From the NCBI GenBank assembly GCA_964016885.1, contig OZ024740.1, positions 252,092,001 through 252,156,000 of the forward strand: a stretch of DNA of 64,000 nt, written 5' to 3'. This DNA is from Eledone cirrhosa (taxonomy: Eukaryota). The translations under genes were made by a program, and so were the position numbers. Positions 53,820-64,000 of this stretch are shown in pieces. Position 1 is the first letter of the stretch, and the number at the start of each line of letters is the position of its first letter. A model generated the notes under the pieces. That model ran no database searches and was not told the origin of the DNA. It saw only the letters and a list, made by a program, of their open reading frames with translations.

Positions 53820-56800
53820 CTGGAAATTATCTCCCCTAAATTAAATTAAATTAAATCAAATTAATTAAATTAATTAATTAATTGATTATATTTTTTTTAT
53901 TTTATTTATTTTAATTTTTTTTTTAATTACGTTATTAATTAATTAATTAATTATGTAAATTGATTTTATTTTAATTTAATGTAATTTAATTTAATTTAAT
54001 TTACTTTAATTCAATTTAATTTAATTTTATTTAATTTAATTTTATTTTATTTTATTTAAAAAACGAAACGAAACCGGGGCACCTAAAAAAACAAACGAAA
54101 AGAAACCGGGGAACCTAAAAAATCGAACGAAATGAAATTATCTCCCCTTGGGTTGCTGGAAATTATCTCAACTCGACCGGCTGGATACTATCTCCCCTTG
54201 GCCGGCTGGAAATTATCTCCCCTTAGCCGGCTGGAAATTATCTCCCATTGGCCGGCTGGATATTATCTCCCCTTGGCCGGCTGGATGTTATCTCCCCTTG
54301 GCCAGCTAGAAATTATCTCCAGTTGGCCGGCTGGAAATTATCTTCTCTTGGCCGGCTGGAAATTATCTCCCTTTGGCCGGCTGCATATTATCTCCCCTTG
54401 GCCGGCTGGATATGATCTCCCCTTGGCCGGCTGGAAATTATCTCTCCTTGGCAGGTTGGAAATTATCTCCCTTTGGCCGGCTGAAAATTATCTCCCTTTG
54501 GCCGGCTGGATACTATCTCCCCTTGGTCAGCTAGAAATTATCTCCCCTTGGCCGGCTGGATACTATCTCCCCTTGGCCAGCTGGAAATTATCTCCACTTG
54601 GCCGGCTGGAAATTATCTCCTCTTCGCCGGCTGGAAATTATCTCGCCTTGGCCGGCTGGAAATTATCTCCTCTAAATTCAATTAAATTAAATTAAATTAA
54701 ATTAAATTAAATCAAATTAATTAAATTAATTAATTAATTAATTTTATTTTTTTTATTCTAATTATTTTTATTTTTTTTTATTAATTACGTTATTAATTAA
54801 TTAATTAATTATGTTAATTGATTTTATTTCAATCCAATGTAATTTAATTTAATTTAATTTAATATAATTTAATTTAATTTAATTTAATTTTATTTTATTT
54901 AAAAAACGAAACGAAACCGGGGTACCAAAAAAACGAACGAAAAGAAACCGGGGAACCTAAAAAATCGAACGAAATGAAATTATCTCCCCTTGGCTTGCTG
55001 GAAATTATCTCAACTCGGCCGGCTGGATACTATCTCCCCTTGGCCGGCTGGAAATTATCTCCCCTTAGCCGGCTGGAAATTATCTCCCCTTGGCCGGCTG
55101 GATAATATCTCCCCTTGGCCGGCTGGAAATTATGTTCTCTTGGCCGGCTGGAAATTATCTCCTCTTGGCCGGCTGGAAATTATCTCCCCTTGGCCGGCTG
55201 GATATTATCTGCCCTTGGCCGGCTGGATGTTATCTCCCCTTGGTCAGCTAGAAATTATCTCCCTTTGGCCGGCTGGATATTATCTCCCCTTGGTCGGCTG
55301 GATATGATCTCCCCTTGGCCGGCTGGAAATTATCTCCCCTTGGCCGTTGGAAATTATCTCCCCTTGGCCGGCTGGAAATTATCTCCCCTTGGCCGGCTGG
55401 AAATTATCGCCCCTTGGCCGGCTGGATGTTATGTCCCCTTGGCCGGCTGGATATTATCTCCCCTTGGCCGGCAGGAAATTATATCCCCTTGGCCGGCTGG
55501 AAATAATCTTCCCTTGGCCGGCCGGAAATTATCTCCCTTTGGCCGGCTGGATATTATCTCCCCTTGGCCGGCTTGAAATTATCTCCCCTTGGCCGGCTGG
55601 ATATTATCTCCCCTCGGCCGGCTGGAAATTATCTCCCCTTGGCCGTCTGGAATTTATCTCCCCTTGGCCGGCTGGATATTATCTCCCCTTGGCCGGCTTG
55701 AAATTATCTCCCCTTGGCCGGCGGGATATTATCTCCCCTTGGCCGGCTGGATATTATCTCCCCTTGGCCGACTGGAAATTATCTCCGCTTGGGCGGCGGG
55801 ATATTATCTCCCCTTGGCCGGCTGGATATTATCTCCCCTTGGCCGGCTGGAAATTATCTCGCCTTGGCCGACTGGAATTTAGCTCCCCTTGGCCGGCTGG
55901 AAATATACTCCCCTTGGCCGGCTGGAAATATATTCCCCTTGGCCGGCTGGAAATTATCTCCTCTTGGCCGGCTGGATATTATCTCCCCTTGGCCGGCTGG
56001 ATATTATCTCCCCTCGGCCGGCTGGAAATTATCTCCCCTTGGCCGGCTGGAATTTATCTCCCCTTGGCCGGCTGGATTTTATACCCCGTTGGCCGGCTGG
56101 AAATAATCTCCCCTTGCCCGGCTCGAAAATATCTCCCCTAAATTAAATTAAATTAAATTAAATCCAATTAATTAAATTAATTAATTAATTATATTTTTTT
56201 TATTTTATTTTTTTTTATTTTTTTTTATTAATTACGTTATTAATTAATTAATTAATTATGTAAATTGATTTTATTTCAATTTAATGTTATTTAATTTAAT
56301 TTAATTTAATTTAATTTAATTTAATTTACTTTAAATCAATTTAATTTAATCTAATTTAATTTAAGTTAATTTTATTTTATTTTATTTCAAAAACGAAACG
56401 AAACCCGTGTACCTAAAAAAACAAACGAAAAGAAACCGGGGAACCTAAAAAATCGAACGAAACGAAATTATCTCCCCTTGGCCTGCTGGAAATTATCTTC
56501 CCTTGGTCGGCTTGATATTATCTCCCCTTGGCAGGCTGGAAATTATCTCCCCTTGGCCGACTGGAAATTATCTCTCCTTGGGCGGCGGGATATTATCTCC
56601 CCTTGGCCGGCTGGAAGTTATCTCCCCTTGGCCAGCTGGAAATTATCTCGCCTTGGCCGGCTGGAATTTAGCTCTCCTTGGCCGGCTGGAAATATACTCC
56701 CCTTGGCCGGCTGGAAATATACTCCCCTTGGCCGGCTGGAAATTATCTCCTCTTGGCCGGCTGGATATTATCTCCCCTTGGCTGCTGGATATTATCTCCC

Positions 56801-57290
56801 CTTGGCCAGCTGGAAATTATCTCCACTTGGCCGGCTGCAAATTATCTCCTCTTGGCCAGCTGGAAATTATCTCCCCTAAATTAAATTAAATTAAATCAAA
56901 TTAATTAAATTAATTAATTAATTGATTATATTTTTTTTATTTTATTTATTTTAATTTTTTTTTTAATTACGTTATTAATTAATTAATTAATTATGTAAAT
57001 TGATTTTATTTTAATTTAATGTAATTTAATTTAATTTAATTTACTTTAATTCAATTTAATTTAATTTTATTTAATTTAATTTTATTTTATTTTATTTAAA
57101 AAACGAAACGAAACCGGGGCACCTAAAAAAACAAACGAAAAGAAACCGGGGAACCTAAAAAATCGAACGAAATGAAATTATCTCCCCTTGGGTTGCTGGA
57201 AATTATCTCAACTCGACCGGCTGGATACTATCTCCCCTTGGCCGGCTGGAAATTATCTCCCCTTAGCCGGCTGGAAATTATCTCCCATTG
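53820..57290 (+). repeat. Copy of ~41940-45400 (offset 11882)
   Basis: ORF pairs 42250/54132, 43108/54990, 43465/55347, 44596/56478. Confidence 0.9.
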
Positions 57291-58459
57291 GCCGGCTGGA
57301 TATTATCTCCCCTTGGCCGGCTGGATGTTATCTCCCCTTGGCCAGCTAGAAATTATCTCCAGTTGGCCGGCTGGAAATTATCTTCTCTTGGCCGGCTGGA
57401 AATTATCTCCCTTTGGCCGGCTGCATATTATCTCCCCTTGGCCGGCTGGATATGATCTCCCCTTGGCCGGCTGGAAATTATCTCTCCTTGGCAGGTTGGA
57501 AATTATCTCCCTTTGGCCGGCTGAAAATTATCTCCCTTTGGCCGGCTGGATACTATCTCCCCTTGGTCAGCTAGAAATTATCTCCCCTTGGCCGGCTGGA
57601 TACTATCTCCCCTTGGCCAGCTGGAAATTATCTCCACTTGGCCGGCTGGAAATTATCTCCTCTTCGCCGGCTGGAAATTATCTCGCCTTGGCCGGCTGGA
57701 AATTATCTCCTCTAAATTCAATTAAATTAAATTAAATTAAATTAAATTAAATCAAATTAATTAAATTAATTAATTAATTAATTTTATTTTTTTTATTCTA
57801 ATTATTTTTATTTTTTTTTATTAATTACGTTATTAATTAATTAATTAATTATGTTAATTGATTTTATTTCAATCCAATGTAATTTAATTTAATTTAATTT
57901 AATATAATTTAATTTAATTTAATTTAATTTAATATAATTTAATTTAATTTAATTTAATTTTATTTTATTTAAAAAACGAAACGAAACCGGGGTACCAAAA
58001 AAACGAACGAAAAGAAACCGGGGAACCTAAAAAATCGAACGAAATGAAATTATCTCCCCTTGGCTTGCTGGAAATTATCTCAACTCGGCCGGCTGGATAC
58101 TATCTCCCCTTGGCCGGCTGGAAATTATCTCCCCTTAGCCGGCTGGAAATTATCTCCCCTTGGCCGGCTGGATAATATCTCCCCTTGGCCGGCTGGAAAT
58201 TATGTTCTCTTGGCCGGCTGGAAATTATCTCCTCTTGGCCGGCTGGAAATTATCTCCCCTTGGCCGGCTGGATATTATCTGCCCTTGGCCGGCTGGATGT
58301 TATCTCCCCTTGGTCAGCTAGAAATTATCTCCCTTTGGCCGGCTGGATATTATCTCCCCTTGGTCGGCTGGATATGATCTCCCCTTGGCCGGCTGGAAAT
58401 TATCTCCCCTTGGCCGTTGGAAATTATCTCCCCTTGGCCGGCTGGAAATTATCTCCCCT

Positions 58460-61400
58460 TGGCCGGCTGGATATTATCTCCGCTTGGCCGGCTGGAAATT
58501 ATCTCCCCTTGGCCGGCTGGATATTATCTCCCCTCGGCCGGCTGGAAATTATCTCCCCTTGGCCGGCTGGAATTTATCTCCCCTTGGCCGGCTGGAATTT
58601 ATATCCCCTTGCCCGGCTCGAAAATATCTCCCCTAATTAAAATTAAATTAAATTAAATTAAATCAAATAAATTAAATTAATTAATTAATTAATTATATTT
58701 TTTTTATTTTATTTATTTTTTTTTTTTTTTATTAATTACGTTATTAATTAATTAATTAATTATGTAAATTGATTTCATTTCAATTTAATGTAATTTAATT
58801 TAATTTAATTTACTTTAATTCAATTCAATTTAATTTAATTTAATTTAATTTAATTTTATTTAAAAAACGAAACGAAACCGGGGTACCTAAAAAAACAAAC
58901 GAAAAGAAACCGGGGAACCTAAAAAATCGAACGAAATGAAATTATCTCCCCTTGGCTTGCTGGAAATTATCTCAACTCGACCGGCTGGATACTATCTCCC
59001 CTTGGCCGGCTGGAAATTATCTCCCCTTAGCCGGCTGGAAATTATCTCCCATTGGCCGGCTGGATATTATCTCCCCTTGGCCGGCTGGATGTTATCTCCC
59101 CTTGGCCAGCTAGAAATTATCTCCACTTGGCCGGCTGGAAATTATCTTCTCTTGGCCGGCTGGAAATTATCTCCCTTTGGCCGGCTGCATATTATCTCCC
59201 CTTGGCCGGCTGGATATGATCGCCCCTTGGCCGGCTGGAAATTATCTCCCCTTGGCAGGTTGGAAATTATCTCCCCTTGGCCGGCTGGAAATTATCTCCC
59301 CTTGGCCGGCTGGAAATAATCTCCCCTTGGCCGGCCGGAAATTATCTCCCTTTGGCCGGCTGGATATTATCTCCGCTTGGCCGGCTGGAAATTATCTCCC
59401 CTTGGCCGGCTGGATATTATCTCCCCTCGGCCGGCTGGAAATTATCTCCCCTTGGCCGGCTGGAATTTATCTCCCCTTGGCCGGCTGGAATTTATATCCC
59501 CTTGCCGGCTCGAAAATATCTCCCCTAAATAAAATAAAATTAAATTAAATTAAATCAAATAAATTAAATTAATTAATTAATTAATTATATTTTTTTTATT
59601 TTATTTATTTTTATTTTTTTTTATTAATTACGTTATTAATTAATTAATTAATTATGTAAATTGATTTCATTTCAATTTAATGTAATTTAATTTAATTTAA
59701 TTTACTTTAATTCAATTCAATTTAATTTAATTTAATTTAATTTAATTTAAAAAACGAAACGAAACCGGGGTACCTGAAAAAACAAACGAAAAGAAACCGG
59801 GGAACCTAAAAAATCGAACGAAATGAAATTATCTCCCCTTGGCTTGCTGGAAATTATCTCAACTCGGCCGGCTGGATACTATCTCCACTTGGCCGGCTGG
59901 AAATTCTCTTCTCTTGGCCGGCTGGAAATTATCTCCCCTTGGCCGGCTGGAAATTATCTCTGCTTGGCCGGCTGGATATTATCTCCCCTTGGCCAGCTAG
60001 AAATTATCTCCCCTTGGCCGGCTGGAAATTATCTTTTCTAGGCCGGCTGGAAATTATATCCCTTTGGCCGGCTGGAAGTTATCTCCCCTTGGCTGGCTGG
60101 ATATTATCTCCCATTGGCCCACTGGAAATAATCTCCCCTTAACCGGCTGGAAACTATCTCCCCTTGACCGGCACGAAATTATCTCCCCTAAAGTAAATTA
60201 AATCAAATTAATTAAATTAATTATTTATATTTTTTTTATTTTATTTATTTTATTTTTTTTATTAATTACGTTATTAATTAATTAATTAATTATGTAAATT
60301 GATTTTATTTCAATTTAATGTAATTTAATTTAATTTAATTTACTTTAATTCAATTTAATTTAATTCAATTTAATTTAATTTAATTTTATTTTATTTTATT
60401 TCATTTAAAAAACGAAACGAAACCGGTATACCTAAAAAAACAAAACGAAAAGAAACCGGGGAACCTAAAAAATCGAACGAAACGAAATTATCTCCCCTTG
60501 GCCTGCTGGAAATTATCTCCCCTTGGCCGACTGGAAATTATCTCCCCTTGGCCGGCTCGAAATTATCTCCCATTAGCTGGCTGGAAATTATCTCCCCTTG
60601 GCCGGCTGGAAATTATCTCCCCTTGGCCGGCTGGAAATTATCGCCCCTTGGCCGGCTGGATTTATGTCCCCTTGGCCGGCTGGATATTATCTCCCCTTGG
60701 CCAGCTGGAAATTATCTCCCCTTGGCCGGCTGGAATTTATATCCCCTTGCCGGCTCGAAAATATCTCCCCTAAATAAAATAAAATTAAATTAAATTAAAT
60801 CAAATAAATTAAATTAATTAATTAATTAATTATATTTTTTTTATTTTATTTATTTTTATTTTTTTTTATTAATTACGTTATTAATTAATTAATTAATTAT
60901 GTAAATTGATTTCATTTCAATTTAATGTAATTTAATTTAATTTAATTTACTTTAATTCAATTCAATTTAATTTAATTTAATTTAATTTAATTTTATTTAA
61001 AAAACGAAACGAAACCGGGGTACCTGAAAAAACAAACGAAAAGAAACCGGGGAACCTAAAAAATCGAACGAAATGAAATTATCTCCCCTTGGCTTGCTGG
61101 AAATTATCTCAACTCGGCCGGCTGGATACTTTCTCCACTTGGCCGGCTGGAAATTCTCTTCTCTTGGCCGGCTGGAAATTATCTCCCCTTGGCCGGCTGG
61201 AAATTATCTCCCCTTGGCCGGCTGGATATTATCTCCCCTTGGCCAGCTAGAAATTATCTCCCCTTGGCCGGCTGGAAATTATCTTTTCTAGGCCGGCTGG
61301 AAATTATATCCCTTTGGCCGGCTGGAAGTTATCTCCCCTTGGCTGGCTGGATATTATCTCCCATTGGCCCACTGGAAATAATCTCCCCTTAACCGGCTGG

Positions 61401-64000
61401 AAACTATCTCCCCTTGACCGGCACGAAATTATCTCCCCTAAAGTAAATTAAATCAAATTAATTAAATTAATTATTTATATTTTTTTTATTTTATTTATTT
61501 TATTTTTTTTATTAATTACGTTATTAATTAATTAATTAATTATGTAAATTGATTTTATTTCAATTTAATGTAATTTAATTTAATTTAATTTACTTTAATT
61601 CAATTTAATTTAATTCAATTTAATTTAATTTAATTTTATTTTATTTTATTTCATTTAAAAAACGAAACGAAACCGGTATACCTAAAAAAACAAAACGAAA
61701 AGAAACCGGGGAACCTAAAAAATCGAACGAAACGAAATTATCTCCCCTTGGCCTGCTGGAAATTATCTCCCCTTGGCCGACTGGAAATTATCTCCCCTTG
61801 GCCGGCTCGAAATTATCTCCCATTAGCTGGCTGGAAATTATCTCCCCTTGGCCGGCTGGAAATTATCTCCCCTTGGCCGGCTGGAAATTATCGCCCCTTG
61901 GCCGGCTGGATTTATGTCCCCTTGGCCGGCTGGATATTATCTCCCCTTGGCCAGCTGGAAATTATCTCCACTTGGCCGGCTGCAAATTATATCCTCTTGG
62001 CCAGCTGGAAATTATCTCCCCTAAATTAAATGAAATTAAATTAAATTAAATCAAATTAATTAAATTAATTAATTAATTAATTATATTTTTTTTATTTTAT
62101 TTATTTATTTTTTTTTTTTTAATTACGTTATTAATTAATTAATTAATTATGTAAATTGATTTTATTTCAATTTAATGTAATTTAATTTAATTTAATTTAC
62201 TTTAATTCAATTCAATTTAATTTAATTTAATTTAATTTAATTTACTTTAATTCAATTTAATTTAATGTAATTTAATTTAATTTAATTTAATTTAATTTTA
62301 TTTTATTTCATTTAAAAAACGAAACGAAACCGGTGTGCCTAAAAAAACAAAAGAAAAGAAACCGGGGAACCTAAAAAATCAAACGAAACGAAATTATCTC
62401 CCCTTGGCCTGCTGGATATTATCTCCCCTTGGCCAGCTGGAAATAATCTCCCCTTGGCCGGCTGGAAATTATGTCCCCTTGGCCGGCTCGAAATTATCTC
62501 CCCTAAATTAAATTAAATTATATTAAATTAAATTAAATTAAATTAAATCAAATTAATTAATTTAATTAATTAATTAATTTTATTTTTTTTATTCTAATTA
62601 TTTTTATTTTTTTTTATTAATTACTTAATTAATTATGTTAATTGATTTTATTTCAATCCAATGTAATTTAATTTAATTTAATTTAATTTTATTTTATTTT
62701 ATTTTATTTAAAAAACGAAATAAAATCGGGGTACCTAAAAAAACAAACGAAACGAAATTATCTCCCCTTGGTCTGCTGGAAATTATCTCCCCTTGGCCGG
62801 CTGGATATTATCTCCCCTTGGCCGACTGCAAATTATCTTCTCTTGGCCGGCTGGAAATTATCTCCCTTTGGCCGGCTGGAAATTATCTCCCCTTGGCCGG
62901 CTGGAAATTATCTCCCATTGGCTGGCTGGAAATTATCACCCCTAGGCCGGCTGGGAATTAACTCCACTTGGCTGGCTAGAAACTATCTTCCCTTGGCCGG
63001 CTGGATATTATCTCCCCTTGGCCGGCTAGAAATAATCTCCCCTTAGCCGGCTCGAAATTATCTCTCCTAAATTAAATTAAATTAAATTAAATTAAATTAA
63101 ATCAAATTAATTAAATTAATTAATTAATTAATTTTATTTTTTTAATTCTAATTATTTTTATTTTTTTTTATTAATTACGTTATTAATTAATTAATTATGT
63201 TAATTGATTTTATTTCAATCCAATGTAATTTAATTTAATTTAATTTAATTTAATTTAATTTTATTTTATTTTATTTTATTTTATTTAAAAAACGAAACAA
63301 AACCGTGTTACCTAAAAAAACAAACGAAAAGAAACTGGGGAACCTAAAAAATCAAACGAAACGAAATTATCTCCCCTTGGTCTGCTGGAAATTATCTTCT
63401 CTTGGCCGGCTGGAAATTATCTCCCTTTCGCCGGCTGGAAATTATCTCCCCTTGGCCGGCTGGAAATTAGCTCCCATTGGCTGGCTGGAAATTATCTCCC
63501 CTTGGCCGGCTGGAAATTATCTCCCCTTGGCCGTCTGGAAATTATCGCCCCTTGGCCGGCTGGATTTATGTCCCCTTGGCCGGCTGGATATTATCTCCCC
63601 TTGGCCAGCTGGAAATTATCTCCCCTAAATTAAATGAAATTAAATTAAATTAAATCAAATTAATTAAATTAATTAATTAATTAATTATTTTTTTATTTTA
63701 TTTATTTATTTTTTTTTTTTTAATTACGTTATTAATTAATTAATTAATTATGTAAATTGATTTTATTTCAATTTAATGTAATTTAATTTAATTTAATTTA
63801 CTTTAATTCAATTCAATTCAATTTAATTTAATTTAATTTAATTTACTTTAATTCAATTTAATTTAATGTAATTTAATTTAATTTAATTTAATTTAATTTT
63901 ATTTTATTTCATTTAAAAAACGAAACGAAACCGGTGTGCCTAAAAAAACAAAAGAAAAGAAACCGGGGAACCTAAAAAATCAAACGAAACGAAATTATCT
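58460..64000 (+). repeat. Copy of ~45700-51230 (offset ~12.76 kb)
   Basis: ORF pairs 46172/58936, 47060/59823, 47735/60498, 50001/62768, 50533/63305. Confidence 0.92.

Larger units (their letters stand above)
9836..64000 (+). repeat. Main compound satellite array, about 72 head-to-tail cassettes
   Basis: Uninterrupted leader/array/spacer cycle, all in the same orientation. Arrays range from 115 bp (e.g. 16214-16328) to ~1190 bp (10765-11953). It runs off the window end. Confidence 0.97.

Noticed and set aside
153-63628. Numerous + strand ORFs encoding LEIISPWPAGNYLPLAGWKLSPLGR repeats (up to 264 aa)
   Set aside because: The 25-bp monomer has no + strand stop, so three monomers give the same 25-aa cycle in all frames. 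The - strand TAA closes every frame each 75 bp, which explains the strand bias. Many ORFs use non-ATG starts, they overlap in all frames, and 1-bp deletions and stops are tolerated.
79-64000. CRISPR-like layout (AT-rich leader, then core-linker-core)
   Set aside because: Linkers are only ~12-15 bp and are variants of one sequence rather than unique spacers. The core is only 13 bp, and no cas genes are present.
155-64000. G-quadruplex or i-motif from C4-C5 runs
   Set aside because: Runs are separated by about 21-23 nt, far longer than canonical loops, so the sequence alone gives no support.

Overview
The whole 64 kb window is non-coding, single-orientation complex satellite DNA, probably eukaryotic heterochromatin (inference; the organism cannot be identified). 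I can support no protein-coding gene, RNA gene, transposase or true CRISPR locus. All listed ORFs are artefacts of a 25-bp monomer that has no + strand stop codon. The main array consists of about 74 cassettes (manual count). Each has a ~75-bp A-rich leader, then about 4-47 copies of the monomer GAAATTATCTCCCCTTGGCCGGCTG, then a ~200-300-bp AT-rich spacer that forms an imperfect inverted repeat. Cassettes are amplified in nested higher-order repeats with offsets of about 0.9, 1.25, 3.04, 10.0, 11.9, 12.8 and 16 kb. Positions ~1250-9835 hold a sister satellite with the same core (AAATTATCTCCCC) but two other linkers (TTGGACGGCTGG and CTGATTTTTTTTAC). It joins the main array through short homology, and its two flanks come from different cassettes. 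Coordinates were read by eye and may be off by a few bases.
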